A DNA stretch of 64,000 nt, taken from IMG/VR virus record IMGVR_UViG_3300032007_001727; one strand, given 5' to 3'. The notes beneath the pieces are model-generated. The model was not told where the DNA came from, did no database searches, and worked only from the letters and a program-made list of their open reading frames with translations. The DNA comes from a virus. Taxonomy: Duplodnaviria; Caudoviricetes. Position numbers and translations under genes: made by a program. Of the stretch, positions 40,554-50,831 are shown in pieces. How positions within the stretch are numbered: the stretch's first letter is position 1; every line of letters begins with the position of its first letter.

Positions 40554-41585
40554 ATGGATGAAAAGAAATTTGTCATTAACATTGACTATGACGCTGTGAA
40601 GGAACAGTACGAAGAAGAACAAAGACTTTATTCCCCCAAAAAGACAACAACCTTCGACGAGAAGAATTATCTCCAAGCGAGACTTAATCCCGGAGAGAAC
40701 CAAAAATCACTTACCATAAGACTTTTGCCCTTTTCAACGAACGGGGGCGACGTATTCCAAAAAGTGTACGCCCATACCTATAAGGTCAACAAAGAGGTTG
40801 CCCCTAGCGGCTGGAAGACATTTATATGTCCGAACCACAACACCAAGGACGGGGAATCGTTCAATGTTGAGGGATGCCCGTTCTGTGAGACGGCTGCAAA
40901 GGCCAAGGAGTTGAAGAATGCCGCATTGGATGAGGCAACAAAGAAGAAATACGGTGAGGTTGAGTTTATGAGCCGTGTCAAGACAATGTGGATTGTAAGA
41001 TGCATCGACAGAGACCACGAGGAAGACGGTGTAAAGTTTTGGCTCTTCAACTCCTCAAAGAAAAAGGACGGTGTTTGGGACCAAATCAACAACTTGGCCA
41101 AGATTCGTTCGGCTGCGGCTGAACGCAAGGGCAATAAGTATAATATCTTTGATGTGAATAACGGTCTAGACTTGATTGTCACCCTTACTAGGGATGAAAA
41201 CAACAAGACAAGGATTCAAGTTGTTGATGACGGAACGCCGTCACCATTGTCAGATGACGTTGATTTGGGAAACTCTTGGCTTATGGACGAGAAGAAGTGG
41301 TACGAGGTATATACGGTCAAGCCATACAACTACATGTCCATAATCGTAAGCAACGGTGTCCCGGTGTATAACAAGGAACTTGGAAAGTATGTGGACAAGT
41401 ATGCCAACAATGAGGCACGGCCGCAGAGTGAGGACTTGACAAGCGCAGAGGACGGCGACGAGCCGATTGACTTCTCGAAGATAGTATCTTCCGGAGACAT
41501 TATCACAGACACTACGGAAAGTGCAACGGTTCAGAGTGAAGCACCAGTTTCCGGAAATAATGATGATGAAGACTTGCCGTTTTAA
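40554..41585 (+). CDS. Single-stranded DNA-binding protein (T4 gp32-like)
   Basis: TIRLLP, H...CP...CPFC Zn ligands, GVKFW, FDVNNGLDLIV, acidic C-terminus DDEDLPF. Confidence 0.85.
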   Translation: MDEKKFVINIDYDAVKEQYEEEQRLYSPKKTTTFDEKNYLQARLNPGENQKSLTIRLLPFSTNGGDVFQKVYAHTYKVNKEVAPSGWKTFICPNHNTKDGESFNVEGCPFCETAAKAKELKNAALDEATKKKYGEVEFMSRVKTMWIVRCIDRDHEEDGVKFWLFNSSKKKDGVWDQINNLAKIRSAAAERKGNKYNIFDVNNGLDLIVTLTRDENNKTRIQVVDDGTPSPLSDDVDLGNSWLMDEKKWYEVYTVKPYNYMSIIVSNGVPVYNKELGKYVDKYANNEARPQSEDLTSAEDGDEPIDFSKIVSSGDIITDTTESATVQSEAPVSGNNDDEDLPF

Positions 41586-41590
41586 TTACC

Positions 41591-42259
41591 ATGACACCGG
41601 TTCTTAAGTTTTATTTCGGTCCAATGTCTTCATCGAAGACACTGCGTCTCTTGGCCCTAGCACACGATTTCGAGGAAAAGGGGATACCCATCTTGGTACT
41701 TAAGCCGTCCGTTGACAACAGAGACGGCTACGGCGTGATTAAGTCTAGGGCCGGACTTAGCAGGGATTGTTTGATGGTGGATGAGTCCGTGAACATCTTT
41801 AATATGGTTGAGGATTTATACAGAAGAAGCCTACGTGGTGAAACCATTACTAGTGAGGGGCAGACCACACAATCTCTGAAATATGTGTTCATTGACGAGT
41901 GTCAGTTCTTGACGGAAAAACAAGTGGATGAATTGTCCGACGTTGTTGATTTTTTAGACATTAATGTCTTATGCTTCGGACTGAGGACTGATTTTCAAAG
42001 CAAGTTGTTCCCGGCATCAAAGAGACTCTTCGAGTTGGCTGACGAGATAGAGGAAATCAAGTCCGTATGTGACTGTTGGTATCGCAATAATGTCATTAAC
42101 GCAAGGTTGGACTCTAACGGTAGGATTGTCACGGACGGAGAGCAAGTCTTGGTCGGAGGTGATGACAAGTACACACCCATGTGCAGGAAATGTTGGAAAA
42201 ACATCATCAGAAGGAAAAGAATGAATGATAAACTGCGCACGGCAGTTGTACATACGTAA
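41591..42259 (+). CDS. tdk: Thymidine kinase
   Basis: FYFGPMSSSKT, LKPSVDNR, FIDECQFL, FGLRTDF, Zn-lasso C.C...CRKC. Confidence 0.92.
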   Translation: MTPVLKFYFGPMSSSKTLRLLALAHDFEEKGIPILVLKPSVDNRDGYGVIKSRAGLSRDCLMVDESVNIFNMVEDLYRRSLRGETITSEGQTTQSLKYVFIDECQFLTEKQVDELSDVVDFLDINVLCFGLRTDFQSKLFPASKRLFELADEIEEIKSVCDCWYRNNVINARLDSNGRIVTDGEQVLVGGDDKYTPMCRKCWKNIIRRKRMNDKLRTAVVHT

Positions 42260-42329
42260 TATTTTAGGACGAGCAGTCGTTCATCAAAAAACAAAATTTG
42301 AAGAATAATTTAAGAAAAATTTATCTGTT

Positions 42330-43517
42330 ATGAAACAACCCATTAAAAAGAAGGAATTTCAGAAGCCTAGCATTGCTAGCATAAAGGAGAAACTGAATTT
42401 AACAATTAAGTCAAGCGATGACTTGGTAATGTCTTCAGCAGACAAACCAATGGACTTCATACCACTACCACAAGCGTTTGCAGATGCCGTTAAGTTACCC
42501 GGCATCCCAAAAGGCTACTTAACCATCGTAACTGGGTGGTCAAACACCGGAAAATCCACAATAAAGAACTGTTTAATAGCATCTTGCATAAATAATGGGA
42601 TACTTCCGGTTATATATGAGACAGAGAATAACTTCGATTTTAACTATGCCATTGACTGTGGTGTTAAGGCAACCCCGGTGTATGGTGACATTGAAGTAGA
42701 AAATGTTGACACCGAGACCGGTGAGATTTATGTTGAGACAAGAAAGGAGATTATTGACTACGAGGGTGACTTCCTATACTACGACAGCAAGAAGTTGGCT
42801 AGGAATTTCGGACACATAGACCATTCGACCGGAAAAGAGGTAAAGACGCGCAGAAAGACGGCAGTGTTGGAGGATATTGCTTATTCAATGAACACAATTC
42901 TCGACATGCAAGAGAATGGAGACATTAGACAGCCAATATGTTTTATATGGGACTCCATAGGTTCCATCGGCTCCTATAAATCTTATACAAGCAAGACCGG
43001 AAACAATATGTTTGATGCCGGTGCCATAGCACAAGCATTTAACAGCATAATCAATGACCGCATCCCATCCTCAAAGAAAATCAGTGAGCCGTACACAAAC
43101 ACGTTTTTCTGTGTGAATAAGATATGGAATGACTCCATGAATTCAATGGGCGGGGTTCCATCCATAGAACTAAAAGGTGGAAAGACTATGTTCTATGGTG
43201 CTAGGCTTATCATTCATTTGGGTGGAATCGGAAAGGCTGCAACTAGGAAACTTGAGGCAACCGCAAAGGGCCAGAAGTATGAGTACGGAATCATAACAAA
43301 GATTAGGGTCACCAAGAATCAATTACCAACCCCTTATAACATCACGTATGAAGGTGAAATGGCTTGTGTACATAACGGTCTATGCTGCGTAGGTGACCTA
43401 GACGCTTATAAAAAGACGTATATGAAGACCTTCCTAAAGAAACTAGAGGAAGACCTAAATGGTGATACCGTAGGTGAGGATGACGTTAAATTTGCCGAGG
43501 AGGACACTAATGACTAA
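42330..43517 (+). CDS. RecA/UvsX-like recombinase
   Basis: GIPKG, Walker A GWSNTGKST, YETE, Walker B FIWDSIG, KGGKTMFY, VTKN. Confidence 0.85.
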   Translation: MKQPIKKKEFQKPSIASIKEKLNLTIKSSDDLVMSSADKPMDFIPLPQAFADAVKLPGIPKGYLTIVTGWSNTGKSTIKNCLIASCINNGILPVIYETENNFDFNYAIDCGVKATPVYGDIEVENVDTETGEIYVETRKEIIDYEGDFLYYDSKKLARNFGHIDHSTGKEVKTRRKTAVLEDIAYSMNTILDMQENGDIRQPICFIWDSIGSIGSYKSYTSKTGNNMFDAGAIAQAFNSIINDRIPSSKKISEPYTNTFFCVNKIWNDSMNSMGGVPSIELKGGKTMFYGARLIIHLGGIGKAATRKLEATAKGQKYEYGIITKIRVTKNQLPTPYNITYEGEMACVHNGLCCVGDLDAYKKTYMKTFLKKLEEDLNGDTVGEDDVKFAEEDTND

Positions 43518-44494
43518 TGGGAAAAAAGATTGATACTCAAGAATTTATAAGAAGGTCTAGGCTTGTACACGGTGACAAGTATGACTATTCAAAGACAAAC
43601 TATGTTAGGGCAAAGGATAAAGTATGTATAATTTGCCCTAAACATGGTGAGTTTTGGCAATTTCCATTTAATCACTTCTATAATGGTGGCGGATGTAAGA
43701 AATGCGCGATGGAAGCACTGACCTCAAATAAGCCGAAGACACTTGAACAATTCATATCCGATGCAAGGAACGTACACGGCGACAAGTATGACTATTCAAA
43801 GGTCGAATACAAGGACTCAAAGACAAAGGTATGTATTATCTGTCCAAAACACGGTGAATTTTGGCAAACACCGGATGCCCACATAAATTTTAAATGCGGT
43901 TGTCAGAAATGCAAGAGTGAAAAAATAAAGGCGATTAAAAACAAAGGAATCAAAAAGTTCATCGAGGATGCTAGGGCCGTACATGGTGACAAGTATGACT
44001 ATTCAAAGGTTGAATATATCAATACCCATGAAAAGGTTTGCATAATATGTCCTACACACGGTGAGTTTTGGCAAGAGGCGAAACTTCATATCAATGGTTG
44101 CGGTTGTCCTAGTTGCGTAAACAGTATGTTGGAGAATTCGGTTGAAACGGCATTAAGGGAAAATAACATTCAATTTGAATTGAGGAAATATCACCCTTGG
44201 CTTTTAAACGAGAATACGAATTATCACTTGACACTTGATTTCTTCCTTCCAACACTGAATACCGCCATTGAATGCCAAGGAGAACAGCATTTTGTGCCGA
44301 TTGACTATTTCGGAGGACAAGAATCGTTCGAAAACACCGTGAAACGAGACAAGTTGAAAAAGAAACTATGCGATGAGAACGGAATATCACTATTATATTA
44401 TATGGATGAGAAATTCAATGAGTATATGAATGACGGTGACATATATTTCAACTCAATTGACGCTTTAATAAACTATCTGAAATCAAAGATGTGA
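43517..44494 (+). CDS. Putative homing endonuclease: 3 Zn-ribbon repeats plus nuclease domain
   Basis: VHGDKYDYSK..Y...KVCIICP.HGEFWQ x3; LDFFLP...IECQGEQHF. Confidence 0.8.
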   Translation: MGKKIDTQEFIRRSRLVHGDKYDYSKTNYVRAKDKVCIICPKHGEFWQFPFNHFYNGGGCKKCAMEALTSNKPKTLEQFISDARNVHGDKYDYSKVEYKDSKTKVCIICPKHGEFWQTPDAHINFKCGCQKCKSEKIKAIKNKGIKKFIEDARAVHGDKYDYSKVEYINTHEKVCIICPTHGEFWQEAKLHINGCGCPSCVNSMLENSVETALRENNIQFELRKYHPWLLNENTNYHLTLDFFLPTLNTAIECQGEQHFVPIDYFGGQESFENTVKRDKLKKKLCDENGISLLYYMDEKFNEYMNDGDIYFNSIDALINYLKSKM

Positions 44495-44497
44495 TGT

Positions 44498-44731
44498 ATG
44501 GCAAACAAGATTAATTATTATTGGGCATGTGAGTTCGTCGACAAGGACGGAAATTCACAGTGGAGGCTGATTGCCGCAACAACGCCGCTTGGTGCCAAGA
44601 GAAGAGCGTTTGAGATTGGTTTCAACCGTAACTTGACACCAAAATATGAAACGATAAGAGTGGCAACTAGCAAGGAAATTTCTGATTTGAAGAAGAAAAT
44701 AAAGGAAAAGGTAAAAAAGCGCGACATTTGA
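44498..44731 (+). CDS. Hypothetical protein
   Basis: 77-aa ORF followed by the hairpin AAAAAAGCGC...GCGCTTTTTT. Confidence 0.65.
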   Translation: MANKINYYWACEFVDKDGNSQWRLIAATTPLGAKRRAFEIGFNRNLTPKYETIRVATSKEISDLKKKIKEKVKKRDI

Positions 44732-44741
44732 TTGCGCTTTT

Positions 44742-44773
44742 TTTGTTTTTTTAACATTTTTTATATATATTTG
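44742..44773 (+). promoter_or_regulatory. Bacteroidota-type promoter
   Basis: TTTG at 44742, TATATTTG at 44766. Confidence 0.7.
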
Positions 44774-44799
44774 CAAAAAATTAATTAAAACATTAGGTT

Positions 44800-45249
44800 A
44801 TGGAAGTTACATGTAAGTTTTTTAAAGTTAAATCATTCGGTGATGATACGTTCTTTGTGGATTCCGTTATTCCGTCAATTGACTTGGCTATCCGAGAACT
44901 TGAGGGAATCTTGGCCAAGGAGTTATATTGTTCGCATTTTGATGAGGACGGGGTGGAGATTGAGGAGCCTGACATTAACTATGAGAATGTGTTTTGTGAG
45001 GCTTTTGACTTGGCGTTTGGTGGGAACAATATCATAACGCCTAGCATACCAAAGATGATATTGAACGGAATAGTCAATGATGACATAAAAGAATATGAAT
45101 TAATCGACATAACGGATGAAATCGTTAAAAAGTTTTTCGAAAAGGTGAACATTAAGGAGATTGAGGAATTTATATTGACACATGATGAAGATGAAATTGC
45201 TGAAAGATATAGTGCCGATAAGCGACATATTGAACAGTTTTGGTGGTGA
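44800..45249 (+). CDS. Hypothetical acidic protein
   Basis: 149-aa ORF directly after a promoter. Confidence 0.7.
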   Translation: MEVTCKFFKVKSFGDDTFFVDSVIPSIDLAIRELEGILAKELYCSHFDEDGVEIEEPDINYENVFCEAFDLAFGGNNIITPSIPKMILNGIVNDDIKEYELIDITDEIVKKFFEKVNIKEIEEFILTHDEDEIAERYSADKRHIEQFWW

Positions 45250-45296
45250 TTTATGATAGGTTAATAATGTTTCAAAACGTTAAAATATTGATTTGA

Positions 45297-46007
45297 ATGA
45301 GCAAGATTGTACTTGAATCGAAGGTGGACGCGGATGATTATTGCGAGTACCTTTTTAATAATTATGACATTACACTTAAGGATAAGACTAGGACTGAGGT
45401 TCCGCTGCCGTCCAAAGAGGACATTGATGAAATGAACTCGAGCCATTGGAACATAATGCTCATATGTGGGAACAGCGGGAGCGGGAAGTCAACGATATTG
45501 AAGGAGGCGTTCGGCGGCGTGAAGCCGATTGAGTATGACGAGAGCAAGGCAGTAATAAGCCAATTTTCCGGGTTTACCGTGGATGAGACTTGTGACTTGT
45601 TGTTCAGTGTTGGATTGGCTTCCGTACCGGCATGGCTGAGAAAACCGCACGAACTATCAAACGGTGAAAAGGCTAGATTGGATTTATGCAAGGCCATTTA
45701 TGATGCCAAGGGGCGTGAATTGGTTGTCATTGATGAGTTTACCTCCGTCGTAAACCGTTCTTGTGCAAAGTCAATGAGTTTCGCCTTGCAGAGATACGCA
45801 AGGCAGAAGGACCTCAAATTTGTTATTGCGTCATGTCATTTCGACATTATCCCGTGGTTGCAGCCGGACTATGTCTTCAACTTGAACCATGTTGATGGGA
45901 ACGGTGACGTTGAGTTGGAAAAAATGGTCTACAGTGACGATGACGAGTATGTTACGGGTCAAAGTGTGTTGGATGAGCAAATATTAACTAAAGCAATGGA
46001 AATTTAA
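45297..46007 (+). CDS. ABC-type ATPase without membrane domain
   Basis: GNSGSGKST, signature LSNGE, Walker B VIDEFTS, H-loop ASCH. Confidence 0.85.
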   Translation: MSKIVLESKVDADDYCEYLFNNYDITLKDKTRTEVPLPSKEDIDEMNSSHWNIMLICGNSGSGKSTILKEAFGGVKPIEYDESKAVISQFSGFTVDETCDLLFSVGLASVPAWLRKPHELSNGEKARLDLCKAIYDAKGRELVVIDEFTSVVNRSCAKSMSFALQRYARQKDLKFVIASCHFDIIPWLQPDYVFNLNHVDGNGDVELEKMVYSDDDEYVTGQSVLDEQILTKAMEI

Positions 46008-46009
46008 CC

Positions 46010-46171
46010 ATGAAAATGAATATTAACGAGGCGGTCAAGTTGCTTGACGGTCATAATAAATGGAGAAGAGGGGCCGATATTCCGATGGTTGACGCGAAAA
46101 AACTAGGAGAGGCCATAGACATTATTGTTGATTTTTTTAGAAACGAGGAAAATGGCAAACAAGATAATTGA
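46010..46171 (+). CDS. 53-aa hypothetical protein (not in the ORF track)
   Basis: MKMNINEAVKLLDGHNKWRRGADIPMVDAKKLGEAIDIIVDFFRNEENGKQDN* fills the gap between genes. Confidence 0.6.
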   Translation: MKMNINEAVKLLDGHNKWRRGADIPMVDAKKLGEAIDIIVDFFRNEENGKQDN

Positions 46172-46649
46172 AGAATATAAGAGAAAGAAGGAAAAGGAAT
46201 TGAAGGAGCATCCGGAAAGGTTTAAGCCACAATGGCCATATGAGTTATTCGGTGTTGAGTGCGGTGAGGGATGGAAACATCTGTATGAACCGATTACGGA
46301 GTACATTGAGAACTATAATAAGACACACGAGGATGAGCCGATTGAAATCCATCAGATTAAGGAGAAATTCGGTGGTTTAAGGTATTATACCAATTTCTAC
46401 ACCGAAGAATTGAGAAAAATGATTGATAAGGCGGAGGAGGAATCTTTCAAGACTTGTGAAGTGTGTGGAAAACACATTGACAAGCCAATCATTGAGAACC
46501 GTTGGGTCTATGCTGAATGCAATGAGTGTCACAATGAACGATTGGAAAGACGAAAAAAAGCCTTTGAAGAATTTAAGAGGAAGGTTGAGGAACATAAAAA
46601 TGAAGAAAGTGTACATAAGTCACAAGAAGGGGGAACGACCGGAGATTAA
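46152..46649 (+). CDS. Phage hypothetical protein with a CxxC Zn motif
   Basis: ECGEGW, QIKEKFGGLRYY, S..TCEVCG...C..C. Confidence 0.75.
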   Translation: MANKIIEEYKRKKEKELKEHPERFKPQWPYELFGVECGEGWKHLYEPITEYIENYNKTHEDEPIEIHQIKEKFGGLRYYTNFYTEELRKMIDKAEEESFKTCEVCGKHIDKPIIENRWVYAECNECHNERLERRKKAFEEFKRKVEEHKNEESVHKSQEGGTTGD

Positions 46650-47178
46650 ACTTACCGTCAAGCGCGTTGAGTCAAGCGCGTGGTCAATTTTCAGTTCTCA
46701 TCACTATTTGAGCACAAAAATAAATAAGTCTTGCAAGTGTCTTTTGTTTGAATGGGAGGGCGTTCCGGTGGCATTTGCTGCAATACTTAACACACCTAGA
46801 AAAGGGGTACCATATGGATGTTCGTTATCAAGGCTCGTTGTGCTTCCGGACTTTCAAGGTTTGGGATTGAGCACACGCATATTTAATTTCTGCGGCGGAA
46901 TCGTCAAGTCACTTAGCGATGAGGAACGTGACTACAGAATGTACATTAAGGTCGGATATAAGAAATTCGGGGAAGCGTTGGATAGAAACCCCAACGTGAG
47001 GTCTACCCAATTTGATGGTAAGGGTAGGAGGAGGCAAGATTTTGACACGAATAAATATGCTAACCGCATGGAGAGGGTTTCCTATTGTAAGGAATATATC
47101 GGGGAGAGTATAAGCGGCTATGAGGATTTGCTTAAACCAATTAAGGAATTAAGAGAATATAAAAAAATAAGTTTATGA
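46600..47178 (+). CDS. GNAT-family acetyltransferase
   Basis: W.IF..HHYL, SRLVVLPDFQGLGL acetyl-CoA motif; ATG at 46600 preferred. Confidence 0.8.
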   Translation: MKKVYISHKKGERPEIKLTVKRVESSAWSIFSSHHYLSTKINKSCKCLLFEWEGVPVAFAAILNTPRKGVPYGCSLSRLVVLPDFQGLGLSTRIFNFCGGIVKSLSDEERDYRMYIKVGYKKFGEALDRNPNVRSTQFDGKGRRRQDFDTNKYANRMERVSYCKEYIGESISGYEDLLKPIKELREYKKISL

Positions 47179-48314
47179 AGCAAGTGACAAGACAAAGACA
47201 GAAGGATGATACTAAGTTTTCCTTGGTGGTAGACGGCAATAATCTTCTAAAGATTTCTCTTGTTAACGATACAATGAACAGCAAGGGAGAGGAATATGGT
47301 GCGGTTATTTCGTTTCTGAGAATGTTGGGCAATGTCCTAAAGAAGAAGGATTTTGACTATTGCGTTGTCGCATGGGACGGTGAAGGCTCCGGTGTCTTGC
47401 GTTGGCAGATTTATGAGGACTATAAGGCAAACAGAGGCAAGAAATATTGGGAGTATGACCCGAACCTAAGCGAATATTCTGAAAGATTAGTCAAGTATCA
47501 GCAAGCACTGATGAAATATTCAAAATTAAAGAAAGGTGTCGAGGATGAGGATATTTCCTTTGAGAGACAAAGAGCCATCATAAGGTCCATATTGGAGGAA
47601 CTGTGCATAAGACAGTACGTATTTGACAAAGTCGAGGGTGATGATATAATCGCGTATTATGTTAAGCATAAGAAGGAGAATGAGAAAGTTGTCATAATGT
47701 CATCGGACAAGGACTTGACACAGTTGATATCGGATTCCGTAATCATATATAACCCTAGGATAAGGGATTTCATCACAAAGGACAATTCGGTGGAAAGGAT
47801 TGGCATAACCCATCAGAACGTTGTGCTTGAGAAGATTCTTTGCGGTGATTCTTCAGATAATATAAAGGGCGTAAAGGGATTGGGTGAAGCAACCCTTATT
47901 AAACTCTTTCCTTTTATAAAGGATGAAAAAACCGATTTAAAGGCCATATTGGAGCGTTCAAGGTCTTTGTTGGAGGAGAGGGCACAGAACAAGAAAAAGC
48001 CCCTCAAAGCGCTTGAAAACATAGTTAACGGGGTCACTGACGGGTGCCAAGGTGAGAAACTGTATGAGATTAATAAGAAGATAATAGATTTGTCTGAGCC
48101 GTTATTGACAAAAGATGCCGAAGAATCCCTCAAGAACGAATTATATGGCATTATGGACACCTCAGACCGTACAATAAAGAATGTGTATTCAATCATAAGG
48201 GATAACGATATGTCCGAATTGTTTGACGAAAGCAAATTCAGTGAAATATTTTCATCTTATGAGAGGATAAGGATGATGGAGGAGAGAAGGTTTAAAGAAT
48301 ATTCTAAAAAATAA
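47175..48314 (+). CDS. 5'-3' exonuclease / T4 RNase H-like flap endonuclease
   Basis: VVDGNN, YKANR, EGDDIIA, SSDKDLTQL, GDSSDNIKGVKGLGE helix-hairpin-helix. Confidence 0.9.
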   Translation: MKQVTRQRQKDDTKFSLVVDGNNLLKISLVNDTMNSKGEEYGAVISFLRMLGNVLKKKDFDYCVVAWDGEGSGVLRWQIYEDYKANRGKKYWEYDPNLSEYSERLVKYQQALMKYSKLKKGVEDEDISFERQRAIIRSILEELCIRQYVFDKVEGDDIIAYYVKHKKENEKVVIMSSDKDLTQLISDSVIIYNPRIRDFITKDNSVERIGITHQNVVLEKILCGDSSDNIKGVKGLGEATLIKLFPFIKDEKTDLKAILERSRSLLEERAQNKKKPLKALENIVNGVTDGCQGEKLYEINKKIIDLSEPLLTKDAEESLKNELYGIMDTSDRTIKNVYSIIRDNDMSELFDESKFSEIFSSYERIRMMEERRFKEYSKK

Positions 48315-48325
48315 TTTACAATTCC

Positions 48326-48357
48326 CTTGTATTTTAACATTTTTTTATATATATTTG
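48326..48357 (+). promoter_or_regulatory. Bacteroidota-type promoter
   Basis: CTTG...TATATTTG at 48350. Confidence 0.6.
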
Positions 48358-48411
48358 CATTAGTTTAACGATTTTTAACTATTTTATGTTTAACTTTTAA
48401 CAAAAATTAAT

Positions 48412-49218
48412 ATGGAAAACAAAGAAAAGGATTACAAAGAAGAGAGGTTTGAGTTTACCATTTATGTAAACGATAACATCATTTGTAAGAGGAACTTTAG
48501 GATTTACAACTACATTGAGAACAGTATGCAGTCCATAGAGTTCAAGGACAAGGTTGATGAGATTGTACGGATGATTGACAATGACTTGAAATCCAAGAGC
48601 CGTGTATACACTTGGTTCTACTACAATCCGGATGACTTGATTGAGGGTGATGAGTTCGATTCACCATTGATAGACCCTTGGGTTTGCACGTTTAAGATTG
48701 TTATCTCAGATAACAAGAATGACGTTATTACGAAAATTTGGGACGGATACGCCTACCCAAAGGCTGTGCGTGACAAAGTTGATTTAAGTAATAAGAACGT
48801 TAAGGTGATGAGTGACGGGCAGTTATACGTATATGACAAGGATAGTTTCTTCAAGGCAAATGAGGGTAGGCTTTCTTTTGAGCACGAACTCCTAAAGGCC
48901 ATGATTATGGACAAACAAGATGTTTTATTACAAATCACCAAGAAGATTTGCGAGGCTTGTTCACCTTCAAAGGATGAAATCAAGGAAGTGAACCAAAGGG
49001 GTCATTTCGATACAAGGGACAATACAAAATACTTGGTAATGAAATACACTTTGGTGGATGAATATGGAAATGACGAGGTAACCAAGAAGGCTACCGGGGA
49101 AAAGTTAAAGCCAAAGAGGTATGCTTATAGTTTGCAGTTGGCAAATAAGAAATTAGAGAAGGATTGGGAGAAATATACACAGAAGAAGACTGCGAAATAT
49201 TTGAAGGAATGGTTTTAG
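48412..49218 (+). CDS. Hypothetical protein
   Basis: 268-aa ORF upstream of the helicase. Confidence 0.75.
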   Translation: MENKEKDYKEERFEFTIYVNDNIICKRNFRIYNYIENSMQSIEFKDKVDEIVRMIDNDLKSKSRVYTWFYYNPDDLIEGDEFDSPLIDPWVCTFKIVISDNKNDVITKIWDGYAYPKAVRDKVDLSNKNVKVMSDGQLYVYDKDSFFKANEGRLSFEHELLKAMIMDKQDVLLQITKKICEACSPSKDEIKEVNQRGHFDTRDNTKYLVMKYTLVDEYGNDEVTKKATGEKLKPKRYAYSLQLANKKLEKDWEKYTQKKTAKYLKEWF

Positions 49219-49241
49219 GTTTAATTTTTTAAAAGTGTGTT

Positions 49242-50645
49242 ATGACTCAGAAAAGAAATGACTTAGGTTATCTTGGTGAAGAATTCCAATACCGCTTGAC
49301 ACACGAGTTCATGGAAAACCACACTTTTTTCGAAGACCTAAACTGTATCGTTGACCAAAATATGTTCACTGACCCCAACCTTAAGGTCTTTATCGGTGTT
49401 ATGAAGAATTATTACAACACAAACGGTGTTGTGCCTTCATATGAAATGATGGACGTTGAGTTGAGGAACACGTCACATTCTGAAAAGGAATTGGAAACCT
49501 TTGTCGCCGTATTGGAAAAGGTACGCAATACCAAGGAGGACGGGTCAGAGAGGATAATGGAGTTGGCCGAGAAGTTCTTCAGACAGCAGAATATCGTCAA
49601 GACCGCTAACGAAATACTTAAAGTGGCTAGCAACGGTGACATCAATGAATACGAGAAATGTGTCAACTTGTTGAATGATGCCATGACGAAGGGCGTTCAC
49701 AATGATTTCGGTGAATGCGTATTTGACCACATAGATGAGGTGTTGTCGGATGATTACCGTGAGCCTATTCCAACCGGAATTGATAAAATAGACGAGACAC
49801 TAGAAGGTGGGTTGGCAAAGGGTGAATTGGGTGTGATTATAGCACCTAGCGGCATCGGAAAGTCATCATTGACCACTGCAATGGCATCACATGCAGCCTT
49901 AAGCGGCAAGAAGGTGTTGCAGATAATCTTTGAGGACCGAATAAAGCAGATTCAGAGGAAGCACATCGGAAGACTTGCGAATATCGAGGCAAAGGACTTA
50001 TCAAAGAAGGAGAATATCGATAAAGTTAGGGAAGTCATTGCCAAATACGAGGCAGACGGAAAACTTCAGAATAACCTTAGGATTGTCAAGTTCCCTAGCG
50101 GAGAGAAGACCGCAAGACAGATAAAGTCCTTCATACAAAAACTCTCAAATAGCGGATTTAAGCCGGATTTGGTCATAATAGACTATTTCGAGTGTCTTGC
50201 ACATGAGCCGGACAAGGATTCGTCGAATGAATTTGAGAAAGAGGGAAAGACAATGAGGTTCTTTGAGGCAATGGTCGGTGAATTGAACATCGCGCTGTGG
50301 ATTCCTTCACAAGGAACGAAGGACTCGATAAACCTAGAGTTGATTACGATGGATAAGATTGGCGGTTCGGTCAAGAAGGCTCAGATTGCACATATAATAT
50401 TGTCAATTGCTAGGACTGTGGAGGATATTTCAAACAACAAGGCAACGATTGCAATACTTAAGAACCGTGCCGGTGCTAGCGGAAAGATATTCAACAATGT
50501 AGGCTTTAACAACGGAACATGCCGCATTACAACCGACAATGTTGACGAATCTGACAGTTTATTTGAACTTCAAAAGAAAAAAGAGGACAATAGGGCACTA
50601 GTTGCTGCTGAAATTTTTAAGAGCACTCGTGAAGGAAAAAAATAA
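49242..50645 (+). CDS. dnaB: Replicative DNA helicase (DnaB/gp41-like)
   Basis: IPTGI..IDE.LEGGL.KGELG, Walker A APSGIGKS, IIDY, SQ, KNR.G. Confidence 0.92.
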   Translation: MTQKRNDLGYLGEEFQYRLTHEFMENHTFFEDLNCIVDQNMFTDPNLKVFIGVMKNYYNTNGVVPSYEMMDVELRNTSHSEKELETFVAVLEKVRNTKEDGSERIMELAEKFFRQQNIVKTANEILKVASNGDINEYEKCVNLLNDAMTKGVHNDFGECVFDHIDEVLSDDYREPIPTGIDKIDETLEGGLAKGELGVIIAPSGIGKSSLTTAMASHAALSGKKVLQIIFEDRIKQIQRKHIGRLANIEAKDLSKKENIDKVREVIAKYEADGKLQNNLRIVKFPSGEKTARQIKSFIQKLSNSGFKPDLVIIDYFECLAHEPDKDSSNEFEKEGKTMRFFEAMVGELNIALWIPSQGTKDSINLELITMDKIGGSVKKAQIAHIILSIARTVEDISNNKATIAILKNRAGASGKIFNNVGFNNGTCRITTDNVDESDSLFELQKKKEDNRALVAAEIFKSTREGKK

Positions 50646-50668
50646 AAAAAAAATTATGTTTGTACTCA

Positions 50669-50710
50669 TTGGGCTATCAGTGGGTTTTCGACCGATAGCC
50701 CCAATTTTTT
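50669..50710 (+). terminator. Rho-independent terminator
   Basis: TTGGGCTATC...GATAGCCCCAA hairpin plus T run. Confidence 0.7.
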
Positions 50711-50831
50711 GAATTTTTTATGTTGAATTTTATATGATTTGGTTATATTTATTTTTGACATCAGATGTAAAAGAAAATAAAAAAATGGTTAACCGAATCA
50801 ATAAAAAAATTAATTTACAACACTATTTGTT

